From the NCBI GenBank assembly GCA_051362555.1, contig CM120641.1:47188401-47252400 (forward strand): a DNA stretch of 64,000 nt, read 5' to 3'. Of this stretch, positions 25,347 through 38,985 are shown one piece after another. The position numbers and the translations under genes are program-made. The DNA is from Lingula anatina. Lineage: Eukaryota > Animalia > Brachiopoda. Positions within the stretch are counted from its first letter, which is position 1. Each line of letters opens with the position of its first letter. The notes under the pieces are model-generated. The model worked only from the letters and a program-made list of their open reading frames with translations. It had not been told where the DNA came from and ran no database searches.

Positions 25347-26404
25347 CAGGTGACTCCACTAACCGTGTCTTACACTCTTGTGTTCGGTCCTGCCCTTGAA
25401 GGTCGTGCGCCATAACTTGTAGCAACACCTGCTTGTTGTAATTGAGTCATTACCATTAAAAAGTTTTCTGTCCACACAGTGAAGGACTGAACGAGCTCGA
25501 GCTTTAGGTACAGACCGTTAGGTTCACAAGAAAATCCGTGGAGAGAGATATTCAGGCAAATTAAAAGTGGCGGGGAAAGCACTCGGGAACAACAAACAAA
25601 CGCAAAACGTTAGGGTAGAGGAGGCCATGGGGATCAGAGGGGCCCGTCTAGAAAGAAAAGTACGCCACAAACCCAGTTGGACACAATACTGCAAAAAATT
25701 ACGTTCACAGCTCATCAACAGGAGCAAGCACTATCCCTTCAAATAAAAGAAGCAATGAAAACTTGGAGTCGATATTTAATCCGTTTTAAGGTGCTTGTGG
25801 AGGAGGGGAGACCATCAGTGAATATTAGCGACATTGCGTTTAAGACGCTGCTTTATTAAACAATCGACTCCAAGAAACTCCACGATGTGTCTTTTATACA
25901 TGGATGATCTATTATCGCTTCCATCTCAGAAGGATTCAGTGCCATTTCACCGACAAAGTTTTAATAACGTACAATTATGTAATTACCTCAGTCGATCCCG
26001 ACAATGTGCACACTTTCATCACCAAATGCTGAAGCTAAATATAAAATAATGACCTAAGAATTTTATAAAATGTCTACCGTGTTGCGACATACAAATTAGC
26101 CCTATACTACAATTTTGTACCCTTCGTCGATCCCTTACCCTGCAAAAATCTTGCAACTGCCAGTGCTTACCTGTAAATAGTCACCAAACTGGGGTTTGGG
26201 CATTGAGTCTGGTAACTTTTTTTAAATTTGATAGTATTGAACCAGTAGATTCTTATTCTTCTATTTCATAAATATTTCTAATATTCCAAAGTGTTTCTAG
26301 TTTCATTTTCTCGTTTCCATTGCATCGGTAACTTGTAAAAGACCCTTACTTACATTAATCACCTTCAGGTTGCTAAATTCGATGTCCTCTGACACTTAAC
26401 ACTC

Positions 26405-26836
26405 ACCTCACAGGTTTATAGTGGGGCACCAATGAAAATTATGTTTAACAGTCATTAACAGAAGGTTCAGACATGCATAAACTCACGCTTGGCTGTCACC
26501 TTCACGCTCGGCTGTCACCTTGATTGGTTAGAAAACGATTGTCGTAAAATCGCTACATGATTTAAATATCGGGTGCAAAAATTTTAAAACCACATAAAAA
26601 CGATCTTACAGTGCCATTCTAGTCTTACGTAAAGCAAAAAAAAAAAAAAAAAAAAACACAAAGATATAAAAAGGTTAATGTATTGAAAACGAATGTCCCT
26701 TAATACCCATAGAGTCCTATATTGTCAAAAACACCCATAGCACTCACAGAATCAATTACTTCAAGGCTGCATAAAAGTTACAGTCAAGGATAAATCTATG
26801 GGACCAGCAAAGGATTCAAATGACTTCGCATGCGCA
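26405..26836 (-). promoter_or_regulatory. Putative BFAR copy B promoter and non-coding first exon
   Basis: Paralogous block: donor at 26407/26406, duplicated motif 26484-26521, ATTGG 26523-26527, TTCGCATGCGCA 26825-26836. Confidence 0.5.
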
Positions 26837-28206
26837 AAAAGCGCGATGTTTGAAACGAATGAAACTGATAAAACAGCAGGGGCGAATGGGAGGCGTCTTC
26901 TGGATCTTTCGTAAGACGGTCAGATTTTTTTTTTCATATTTACATTTCTATTGGAAGACGACCGAAAATTATCAAGAATTCGTTGACGATCTTCTTACCT
27001 TGACAGTGACGGTATTATATTTCGTTTATTTTGTACTAACTTAGCAATAGTCTCGAGCGGTTTAGATTATATCAAAATCTTGAAGCATGTCCATGCTGAG
27101 GCATTACTTTCGTGGAAGAAAACGTGCTCGAGGAAAAACTTGGAAAAGACACAAACCCAATAGACCGATAGAGGTGCAAATGAGGTTACAGGCATGCTTT
27201 TGAAAATGTTTAGTGCAGAGATTACCAACTGTACTATGTTTGGTTATTTAAGGATCGCACGTGAAGATGGAATACTTTGATTATAAGTAAGTTAAGCAAG
27301 TTCAAAGTGCTTTAAAAATGTATGTGTGTGTGTCTGTGTGTGAGAGAGAGAAAGAGAGAAAGCGGTGTATTAGAGTGAGATTGGTGATTCTGTTTTTCTG
27401 TTATATGCTATGATTTGCTTTGACTTACTTTACTAGTTAGGGGTGCATGTACTTTTTTGTGACCATTTTATCAGATTCTGATGTATAGCAGATATTTTCT
27501 TAAAATCTATCCCTGTGCAGGTTTGGGGAAGAGAGAATGAGCCTGCTGCTTTTATCGTGGCATGTCGTAGGAGGCGACTAAAAGGATATTTGGTGGTGGT
27601 ATTTATAAGTGTATCTATATTTATTAGTACTTATGTGACATGAATGCTTATTAGGAAATGTTTATATTTATTGTTTTCATTTGATGCCTTTATTGAGTTT
27701 CTTTATTTCAGCAGATAACTAATTATTTTCCTCATACTTAAATCATTGGATCTAAAACATTAATCATGTTTTATTTATCCAAATATGTGGATAACTTTTC
27801 TGTTCTCTTTTCTGTTTCTTAGTATATATATATTCTCCTTCACGTACAATTCGTCGTAGTGGAAGACGTAGTGGTGGGGCAGGTACGTGTATTTTACCAG
27901 TAATTAAATCTTGATTAGTGTCTTTTTACTTGAGTTTGAAAACGCTGTAAAGTCGTTTATTTATTTGTTAGTATAAGTATAGCTGCATCTGTTAAATAAG
28001 AGTAACCCGTTCACTTAGCGGTCAGTTCAATATACCAAAGGCTAGCAGGTCGGTCCGCATTTCACCGAATGTCGAAGATGACCACTCCCCTCCACCAAAA
28101 AAAGGACTGAGGGCAGTCCCTGTCCATTGTACCTTTTTACCAAAGTGCGGCTAGAAATTTACTTCATGTGCATCTGCCAGTACTAGATGTGTTTTACCTG
28201 TTAATA

Positions 28207-28377
28207 CAGGACCGTAGCCAGGGAAGTTCAGGGGGTTCGAAAGAACCCTCCTTTTTGCAGGGAAAAGGTCCCCTCTAGGTTAGTTTTTATCTATGTGAAC
28301 AAAGGTTTCTTGGTAAAAAGTCCACATTTTCAGAAAAAGACCCCCCCCCCCTTTTGCAAATCCTGGCTACGGGCCTG
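28207..28377. mobile_element. MITE with CAGG termini (hAT-like)
   Basis: CAGGACCGTAGCCAGG / CCTGGCTACGGGCCTG; no clear TSD. Confidence 0.55.
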
Positions 28378-28388
28378 TAAAACATTAT

Positions 28389-28641
28389 GGGACCATTCAG
28401 CTCGAGAAGAGCCGAGTGCTAACTAGGCCGTGACCTAAATGTGGCGGACCACCTGCCTCTCCCTGCAGGGACACAGTAATTAAATCTCGGCTCAATTCAA
28501 CCGTTCGAGGGAACACCCGTGGGGAGGCGTTTGAGAGGCGGAGAGACTTTTACAGGATTAAGTGGTCTTCCTTTCATGTAGGTCTGCCATATTAAGGTGG
28601 CGGGCTAGCTACCACTCGGCTCTTCTCAATCTGAATAGTCC
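28389..28641. mobile_element. Hairpin MITE
   Basis: GGGACCATTCAG..GAGAAGAGCCGAGTG / CACTCGGCTCTTCTC..CTGAATAGTCCC. Confidence 0.6.
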
Positions 28642-30230
28642 CTGTGTCTTATGTACAATTTTTACCAAGTGGACCTCTGGTGGAGATTATTAATAATTTA
28701 TTTACAGAACGAATTTGATGCATAGCAGATTGGTTTTATGACTGTGATAAAACACAAAGAAATATCCCACAGCAAAAAGGATGGTCAAGCTCAAAAGCCA
28801 AACTCAGATGTTCACATCGTTGAAAATTGTGCAGGAAAGAAAAACTGCACTTTTCATATAAGGATTTATTCTGGGCTCTTTCAGTTTAACTATCTTATCT
28901 CTTTAGAAGAAGGCCTCTATTGCCAGGTCTGGGCGAATAAAACTCGTCCAAAAACCAGAGAAATAAGAATGGTTAAAAAAACATAGTGATCACGAAGAAA
29001 GAGTCCAAATGTAGCAGATCTACCCGATCTATCTTGCATAACATGCATTGTCACTTTGCGCATGCAACTTCCCTTTGCTGCTTTCAACATATCTAGTCGA
29101 CAGACCCTGAAGCCAAGGTATTGGTTTCTTTTTTATAACATAATGCGGCTTTACAATTTACACCTGTTTTTTAGTTAATCAATTGTAGAGTATTTTCACT
29201 CCCCTGGATATTATAGATGAATGGGTCTTTGGGTCATGAAAAACATCGATGCCTGAAAGCATTTATAATTTGTTCAGCAGACTGCGCGTTAAGAAAGAAA
29301 ACATTGGCTTTTTCAAAAGCCTTCCTTTGTATTTTATTACGTAAAAATCTAATAGCTGTCTCCACACAGCACCCTCGCTATCGGTGCATTGTAAGCAAGT
29401 TAAAAAAATGGAGATCGAGACAATGGATGAGGTGATTATCTAAGAAGAATTTTTGTGCTACAATACAGGGGGTTGTTTTTCTATGGACGACCAGGATGCG
29501 GTTACCTTACAACAGGAGACACAAGGTTTACATAAAGACAACGAAGTCACGGTCACCGGGTAATGTAAACTGCGCTTCAATAACATTTTAGGGCATTTGA
29601 AATGCGGTACCATTGTGGGTCCTTTCCCCATCAGATAGTTTCAGATAGCTCTTTCAAATGTAAAATCATCCCATTTCTGTTTATCTATGTCTATTTACAC
29701 GTCCCGCTCGGCTGCGCTCGCGCATTCGCAAACCAACACTATCTCCACCTTGACCAACGATACCAGGGACACAGATTGATATTTCCCAAGATATTCACGG
29801 ATATGCCTCTGGATAATTAATGTTAATTGTTTTGGTGGACCTAGAGTTCGTCAAGCGCTCGGGGTCAATAAATGGGACTATTTTATTTGGGGTGGGGGGC
29901 ATATGTGGACACAGGGAGTTCTTTTTGTCGAATTCCGAGATGTTTGGCGAAAAAAATAAAGCTAACAGCACAAAAATTGTTTATATACTTTTAATAATTG
30001 ACTTGAACTTTGTTATACAAAAATATCTCTTGTCCAGGTTACATTGTAGTAAAGTGTAATAATGAAGAATATCATTAATCACAATGTTTTTCATTATTTA
30101 TCAGTGATCAGTAAATGTATTGCAAGTTCCTGACGTTAATATGAAAAATTTACAATTATCTACAATATGGAGCCGTAGATCTATGTTTACCACTGATCTG
30201 CCAAATTATTCTTGTCGCATATACAAAGTA

Positions 30231-31892
30231 CAGACTTGACATTTAATATGGAATATTTTTTTCGAAATAATTTTTTTTCAGTTTTTTCCTATTTTGCTGA
30301 CTGATAAATGAAAATAAGGATTAAAATCGTGTTTTAATAACTTTAAATTATCTCTTTGATGTCATTGTGACATCAGTTCATTAATGGAATTCGCCAGAGA
30401 AGCAAACAAAAACACGTTGCCTATTCCATGTCATACGACTCCCATTAAAAGAGATATTTTAGATCTCCATATTTTCCTAATTATCGTCTGTAAAAGGGTA
30501 ATACGCTCCACAAAAGACCCTCATGTCAGTTGCTAGTCACAGTAATGGTCGTTGTTACGCCTGGCCTCTTCGTGGCTGTTGCCAGCGCTCTCAAGCGGCA
30601 AGGCATTTCTTGGGGGTAGGTTTTAAGAGGTCAATCTGGAATAGCATTCCAGGCATCGGTCTAAAATTGTCCAATCTGGTCCAGTTTTGTTGTAGGACAT
30701 GTAGGCAGTTGATTGGTGAGTAATGGTCTACCGAAATATTGTCTATGTGGTTCAAATGTGGCGATTTTGATGACCAGGGTAGCTGCTCATTCCCTTGGTT
30801 CTGTAAGTTATCTGCTATTAAAAGTGCTCTGTGTGAACCTGCAACCTCATCGTGCAACCTAGAATTGTTCCTAAGGTGCCCCCTATCAAATGATAGTCAA
30901 GTGGTTCCGAGATTATTCCTTTATTTGATCTGGTTCAGGTTTTCGTCGATGACTACCGTTGGTGTTTTGGCACCAATGTGGAATCTACTCCAAATACTGA
31001 CGCTGTCAATCACCCTTGTCACTTTAGACCCGGCATATGCTTCGTCGTAGGCCTCTTCTGGATATCTGTAAACTCTGTTTTGACTAATTGGGCGGTACAG
31101 GTGAAATCTGACCTCAATAAAGAAAACCACGCAGTTTCAGTGTTCTACCCAGAATCGTTCATGGGCCCCAATTCATTAGAGAAACAGACGACGATGTTTT
31201 GCTGTATACAGTGGGTACCTCGGAGGTCATTTGGTGTTCTTACCTGCTAAAACCAGTTTAGTGTTCGCTAAGGGCTTTGAAAAATGCATTTTAGTGGCAA
31301 TTTACCCCTCGTTCTGAACGGACTATGTGTTTTTTGTTGAGTTGCAGCAGCGTATACCGAAAGACAGTGGGTCCTGTGCCCTGTAGGTAAAATTTTGATA
31401 CATTGGGGGTCACCTCTGTGCAGGTACATCAGTCTGGGCATTACTCTATAAAACTGTGGGGACCGTTCCGTTTGGCGCTATGATCTGTCTGGTTATGTTT
31501 GTCTTTTTCGCGCCATTCTGCCTTAGATTAACAAATTTGTAATGCACTACTTGGCTCATTTTACGCACTGCAAAACTGACCGCTTGCATGCAAAATTTCA
31601 AATTCTTCTATGCAGTAGTTGCCGAAATATGGATATTTTTTTGACAGAACCAAGCTTTGCCTAAGCCAAGCTTTGATCAGCCCAAAGGAACACTACCCAA
31701 TTAAATCACTGCAAATTACATAATGTAGCAGCGCAACAGGCATGAAAGTCAGTTAATTGGTAGTGACACACCTGACTGCACACTTTTACATTCACAAATC
31801 TTATATGAGATCGGAGTTTTTTGAAAAAAGAACGTATTTTTACCTAGGTATACCTTTGAAACTGAAATATTCCATATTAAATGTCAAGTCTG
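30231..31892 (-). mobile_element. Full-length degenerate Tc1 transposon (1.66 kb)
   Basis: TIR CAGACTTGACATTTAATATGGAATATTT at both ends with TA TSD. Broken transposase with FFIEVRF (FSDESRF), RVYRYPEEAY and LPWSSKSPHLNHIDNI (WPxxSPDLNPIEN). Confidence 0.88.
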
Positions 31893-32005
31893 TATTTGTT
31901 ATTGACACAGTGTTCAATTTACAAGTATTATCTCCAATTTACAAGTGTTAATTAATTTGATTGGAGTCGCTTGCTTGTGTATTCGACTCGTTTTATGGCC
32001 TTACC

Positions 32006-32287
32006 TGTAATTATATTACATAAGTGGACGTGTGCAATAATTATAATGTGTATGTACCGCCACATAATGTAGCACAGAATCCACCATAGATAAGAAATAT
32101 GTATAAAAGACGTTCAGAATTAATATCGGGAGTTCAGATTGAGAGACTGAGAGCGACCGCTAGGAGACGGGAGCGAGCCATGGGAGGTAGTTTAGAAGTT
32201 GGAGACTTCACGTAGATGATGTAGTTAGAGAGCGTCAACAAATAAACGTGGATTGCGTTTTGAGCCCTAATAAAAGTTATTATTACA
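32006..32287 (+). mobile_element. Possible solo LTR
   Basis: TGTAAT...ATTACA termini, internal TATAAAA (~32102) and downstream AATAAA; no clean TSD. Confidence 0.4.
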
Positions 32288-32734
32288 TAGGTATAAAAAG
32301 ATTTCATTACAACAGGTAATATTCCCTTCCATTAGTAGAGGTTCAGCTATTCAAATGATAAAGGGTTTTTATGGAAGCAACTAATTAAGGTACTTGTAAC
32401 TCTACAAGATGCCCCAGGTATCAGCAAGAACATCTTATTTACATAGTTTGAATTCCTTCTTTAATACATCATATTTTATGTAGTGAAGACTCCATTCTGA
32501 GTGTCTTGGATTATTTGTACAAAGCAACTGTAGAAAGCATGTATTTTGTCCGTTATATCACTTTGGATTGTGTTTCATGACGGGGTCGTATTCCTTTTAT
32601 CCATTTATACAATCGACGCTGCCTCGGCTGCCTGGAATGGACGTAATGAAGTACATTAATTATATATGTTTTATCGACATTAATGATGCTTAAACAATTG
32701 AATATTTAAAAAACCAACCGAGTTATGCGATTAA

Positions 32735-33071
32735 AGGGATAATAACTCTTCGTTTCGGCCAAAAAATGAATTTTCCTGGAGTAAACAACAATTTTCCCAT
32801 ACTTACCAATGTTTAATGAATCCATTTTTACATTCAAAGATAGTCCCTGGTTTTTTTCTAAAAAGTTTGGTTTTTTGTTAAAATCTCTTAAGAGATTATA
32901 ACAGAGTATAGCCATCAATGGAGGTCACATGATCTAAAGACAAGCTCAGCTATCAGAATAATAGCTATAAATTTTGTTTTTGTTGTAAAACAAAATATAT
33001 AATATTTCTATGAGTTATTCACCATGTTTTTATTGTGAAATATAGATCTCATACGAAGAGTTATTATCCCT
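32735..33071. mobile_element. Kolobok-like MITE
   Basis: TTAA TSD; TIR AGGGATAATAACTCTTCGT / ACGAAGAGTTATTATCCCT; partial inverted copy at ~61120-61230. Confidence 0.75.
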
Positions 33072-34175
33072 TTAAGCGAATGAAAAAATTAAAAAGAAAA
33101 ACGGAGGTGAACCCAGCGTCGATCTGTTTTCAAGGAAGTAAACAGATGAAAAATTATTTTAATATTTAAAAATAGGCACAGCTGTATTTTAATTAAAACT
33201 GTATTTTGTTAAAACAAGAGATGGTAAATTACTACTTAGTTTTATATTCAATTCAATTTATTTATGTACTGGTACAGCAATACAACCGGTGCATTACCAT
33301 TCTCTAATTGGTAATTGGATTGCCAGTTTCTGAATGAACAAGTATATATCTTGATATAACGAACAGATGTACTAGTAAAGTTACTAATAAAATATTCAAG
33401 CTAGGCGGTGAGATCTAATTTTGAGATGTATAATGAGATTTATAATAACATGGACATACTGTATGTGTGGGATAATTAATTAAGGAGCTATGACTTACTG
33501 CGCCACTTTTAAGCTGGGCCACCATATCTGTGGGAGTGGGGACGTTCTTAGCGGTAAAGGAGGTACTGCTGCCTGGCTGTCTCCGAACGCAGGCTTCATC
33601 ACCAGCCTTCCACGAAACCTGCAGGAAGGGTGTTTAAACTTCATATCAGCTGATTATACAAAGTACACTTATATATGGTGAACTTGCATTTTATAAAATT
33701 AAACACACATTGAATGTAAGCTTGTTACCTTCGGAACTTTTGAAATGTTACCCGCAAAAGCAGCATGTGGCTCTTCGTTTTAGTTACTCTAAGTTACTCA
33801 CCCTTTTATTACCACATTCAGGTTATTTAAAAACGCGCTATAAACAGCAAAAACATTCAAAATTGGTGTCCAAAGAAGTAACTGACAACCAAAAAAAGAA
33901 AGTTCTAAAATAAACTGTACAGCTTACCAATAGTTTTTCCATTAAGAGTGGACATTAAAATATGCCGTATACCTCTGCTTGGGACGGCTATGTCGCCAAC
34001 GCAATGAAAATGGTTACACTGTCGCGTTGTATGTCAGCCATTACGCGTACGTCCCATGCTTTTATTCTGTGAAATAAACTGTATAAATATTTGAGTTTTA
34101 GTAAAGCTGTCTTATTTTCCTCTTCAGAGTGGTTAACATTTCCTTCGCCGATTATTGATGCAGAAATTTGAAATC

Positions 34176-37100
34176 ATGGAAAGTGGCGCTGCTCCTGCAG
34201 GTAACTTCAGAGCTTAAAATCAGAGCATTTCCAAAATCCAAAATCTTAAGTCCAAAATACACCCGGATAGCCTCATTCCCAGACGAAGATGCTCTGTTAG
34301 GCATCAAAATATTGAAAGTAAATTATTTCAATACTTTCATATTTTCACAACATAACACAGCTGATGAAACTCTTTTCTGGCTGTTTCCTTAGGTTTGAAT
34401 TCATTATTACTGTCAACAAAATGCTGTAACTATCAATTTAATTGCGTCTTTAGGAAACCGCATTTTGAAAGTACTGGTAGCTGTGTGTGCAATCGTCGCT
34501 GTAGTAGCCATAATTATAGCTGCAATGGCAGTGTCAAAATCCTCGACCACTCCAAACATCACCATTCAAGGCGACCAAACGACAATAGGTGGCGGCACCT
34601 CTGCAGGACAAGGATCGTCTGCTGGGAGTTCTGGAGGGAGCTCTGGCTCGGCAGTTTCATCATCATCTGGAGGAAGGATCTTCACGATCGCCATAGGACA
34701 TGACGGGGGCTCTCACGAATATATGTAGATAGATTTTTATTTGGAAAAAATATACAAAGTTATCTCTGCCGATAGAAATACTGTAGTAAAAAGACGACGT
34801 ATAAACAGTAATTGCTTATGCAATGCCAGTAGGCCCAAAAAAACGCCTTCAAACCCTTCTAGGGTTTCAAGGATTTCCTGAATTCAGTAATGTCGTTACT
34901 TTGATTAATATATCTGTCATTGGAATACATTACGTACCTGTTTATGTATTTGGAAAAGTAGATAACAATTTTTCTGTTTTGATAAATAAATTCAAGCCTT
35001 TTCGTATATAATGAGAACTAAGGTAAACCAAAATATCCGTAAATAACAAAACTAATTTCTTGAAAGCAAAGTTGTTTATTAAAGACACCACAAAAATTAA
35101 AAAAATATATGACAAAGACAATCTTTTCTGTATGAAATTGAGGGGAATTCTGCAAAATTACCGAATTATGTACAACAATATACAGCCATATCGTGTAAGG
35201 TTTTCAATACCACCGCTTTAGAAACTTTATCTATTCATTGACATATCTTAAGTCATTTCTTATAAATGCATTTTAATCAACACAGTGTGGTTTCCATAAA
35301 ATTAGCAATAAAAGACTAAATTCTCACATATGAAATACGTTCTAACATTCATATCCATAACACATAGCTGTATTGTTCCTATTTCAGAGACACCACTGGC
35401 TACTTGGCAGGCTTCAATTTTGATTTAATCGACGCAGGTAAATAGACATTTCATTTTCATCAATATGTTAATTAATAATTGCATTTTAAATAATTTGATC
35501 ACTGTTTGCCCCCCCCCCCCCCCCCCAATCTTATGCTCTGCTACTCACTAAAATAATTTGTCAAATTTCGCTTGTTGACCTATACTACAACTTGATGTGT
35601 TAGGACAAAATGGTAATCTTCCAAAATAGTCTCAAGTCACGCATCTAAACAAAATCAAGCGAGATTTCTAGGGATCTAGAGGAGAGTCGAATCAAATACA
35701 GTGGCAGACTAGCTTGTATAGGGAAACAAAGAAAAGATGACGGAATTTATCCACGTTAATTTGCTGGGTTTTTTTCACTTAGGTTTTTGTTGTCCTTTGC
35801 ACAACAGTCCCAGCGTGAATTCACCATTATGTGTCACTTTTGTATTACGTAAGACTAGAAAACAAACGTTACCGGCGCATAGAGTTTCATCCTCAGCTCA
35901 CGCGGGGTTTGTACATTTTCTTGTCTTGTGTGACGTCATCTATTACTGACAGCCTCGGTTTAGACCATCTCGGATTATTTCCCTGACAGGTATGTTGAAA
36001 AACATTGTGGGTAACATGCTAGGTTGATATATTAGCGCATATTGACAGATAGGGTCTGCATTTAAAACTGTGTCTATTTAATTTTTGGATTATTTTTTTA
36101 ATTTTGGAATACTGATATCTTTTTAGTTTGCACCGAGGCTGGCATGGACTGTCGTACAGTATGGGATAAATACGTCAATTGTTGGGACTCCACCCCAGGA
36201 CAACCCTCACACGGCGGCCAGGGTACGTGATATGTGTGTGTATGGAGGTGGGGGAGGTCTGTACTAAAATCAAGCATTAACAAGCCTAATCATCGCCGGA
36301 AAATGTGGCCTATTTTAATATGGCTTAAATAAAAAATACTGAATTAATCTAATTTGCCTAATTTATAAAAAAATGATTTATGTAGATATATAAAATGAAT
36401 GCTACCAAATAATTGAATTCCGTATCTTTAGGCATATGGCTTATTGCAATGAAAAAATACAGATTTATCCCTAATCTTAAAATGAATGTTTTTTGGTCTT
36501 GAAGAAAATATTACCTTTTGGTTAAAGTTATTTGGGAATCGACATTGCCCATGTAAGTTCTGTCTGACTACGTATATTCCTGTTCTCAATATCTTTCTGA
36601 AGCATATAATATGCCTTGGTGTAGCGGCTTGTTTTATATCATTTATATCAACATTATTGGGGAATATAAATGAACCTAAACATAAGTAGACAAATATAAC
36701 AAGCACTTGGTATTCAATATGTGTTCAAGTATATTATTCAACCTTTGTTAATTTCGCAAGAGAGACTGCGAAATTCGAAGTAATATTACTCGTAAAATGT
36801 TTTACAACCAAAAATATTTCAGGTTTGATGGGCCGTTGGTATGATGCTTGCACCGGGTGGTTTCCAACCATAGGTAGGGTTCAGGTCTTCAGCTTTTCTT
36901 CGCCATTCCTCAAGCCCCCAGTCAGCTATTTTTTCACGAAGACGGGGAACGCTGCTTCGTTTTCATCTAGACATGTAGCTAACAAGAAAATCGGTAAGAC
37001 ACATATTTTGTTCAAATCATATAACGCCGATTACTGTATCACATAGAAATATAAGCGGCAATTTTAGGAACAAAAGTTATTTTAAGTGTTTCAACAATAA

Positions 37101-38902
37101 AACGTCGTCAGCTCACAGTGTTATGTTCTTCAAGTTACAGTCTTTTTCTGTAATATTCCAAACAACATGCTGTCTTCACTCAGAAGATTCAGTAGAGGCT
37201 GCTAAACCACCCGTAGCTGTATTCCCTTATGAAGTTGTCTTGTTAGTCTTGTTTAGTTTTTCTTTTAATAAAACCGTGTATAATCTAGATTACCTATATC
37301 AATGTATTGCTATTGTATTGGCATTCAGGTAGGTAAATAAAAATACTAATATAAAATAGAAAAATAATCTCCTTGATTATATAAGGTTTCATTGATGGCT
37401 GGGCTAGTGACGAGAAGTGTCTGGCCAGATGGACTGACGTCAAGGGTCGGGACAATATGACCGTCGCCCACGCTCCGACTCCTAGAGATATCGTTGCCAA
37501 GTTGAAAAGTGGAGAAGTAAGATATACAGCGTGTTCGATTCCGACCTTGAAATGTAGAAAGTGTTCAGTGTTCTTCAGACATTGCAGAGAAAACGGAATT
37601 TGACTTCGCCATATATTACAGGAGAACTGACATATTTGAATTTATATTGTGATATACAGTAGAGATATTTCATTTTCCAGTAAACAGGACTAAGCTACAC
37701 ACGTATGTTTGGTGCAAAAATAAGACCCCATTCCCATAGATTTTAGATCGATCTATCCCTGTGGGGAGTCTCACTAGATTACTGTCAGTTTAGCCGTGTG
37801 AAAGGAATGCATGTCCTATGGACGTGCGTTCCCTAGGATGTACTGTCCTACCCGGACCTAGATTCCCAGCTGTATTTATACGCAGCTAGGACATGTATTC
37901 CTGTTGGACATAATTTCCTTTCACATATACACAGAAACGCAAGTCCTACATAATTAATGTCCGTACAATAATTATAAACACGGGGCCATAAGCATCGGTA
38001 ATTTTCGGTCGGCTGGCAGCAGCTTCCACACAGGTTCATCAGTAAGACGGCTGGATGAATGACCAAGAGCATAGAGAAACGTAAGTGAGTTCGAATCCTC
38101 AGCAACGATGTTACTCTGTATGCAAATGTTATCCTAATTTATTCTCCATTTCAACGAACAAAACGCACTTTACAATTTGTTATACAATTTGGATTATTTT
38201 GATGAGGCGAGATTTTAAATGTTTGATTTAAATATCATCATTTTTTTAACGTTGAGCTATTTTAGAATTCCTTTAATAATTCGAATTTCATCGGATAATT
38301 ATACCCAAAAAAGCATATTTTTTCTACTTTCACTTAAAAACACAAAGAATTAGAATGGGAAATTCAGGATCCATACATGTATGTAAGGGAAAAATTGCGC
38401 TCAGAAGACTAATAGTAAAAGTGCATGTATAAAAAATAACAGACACATTCAATTTATTTATCTTACAATTATACACGTCTCAAACTGCATATTATGTCTC
38501 TCAAACTACAAATATTCCCAATGATCATCAAGGCACCGAGTATAAAAAAATGAACTGTCACCTGAACGATATGTATACCAGTACCAGAGCAGCTCGAACG
38601 TCATCGAGAAGTGTTCAACACGTACTTGTAAGCGAGTATATCGCGAGAGGGTGGCTGTGTATTATTTCACACACTCGTATTTCACCGAAAAACACCCCGT
38701 AAAACGTATAATGTGATGTGTATAAGGACAAAAACATATTGTTTAGAAATGGACACGAGCCAAAATTCAAAGCTGTGTACCACAGACATACAGTTGTATG
38801 TAAATGGCCGCTTAACAACTATTAAGGCATTAATGTAATGTGAAGAGGCCCGACATATTTCACAAGGTGGCGCGAATCTCATATTTTTCATATTAATCGG
38901 AC

Positions 38903-38985
<83 letters not shown>

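Larger units (their letters stand above)
8300..27320. repeat. Tandem segmental duplication carrying BFAR (unit A ~8.3-15.15 kb, unit B ~15.8-27.3 kb)
   Basis: Colinear similarity in 3' flank (8320-8600 vs 15815-16100), exons, introns and 5' flank (14100-15140 vs 26270-27320). Boundaries are approximate. Confidence 0.85.

Noticed and set aside
27555-27585. TGTCGTAGGAGGCGACTAA hairpin, reminiscent of SINE/RTE-associated motifs
   Set aside because: Too short and isolated to support an element or RNA gene call.
36823-37516. Ionotropic glutamate receptor gene
   Set aside because: The two lobes are contiguous with no M1-P-M3 pore exons, and the protein ends just after the domain.
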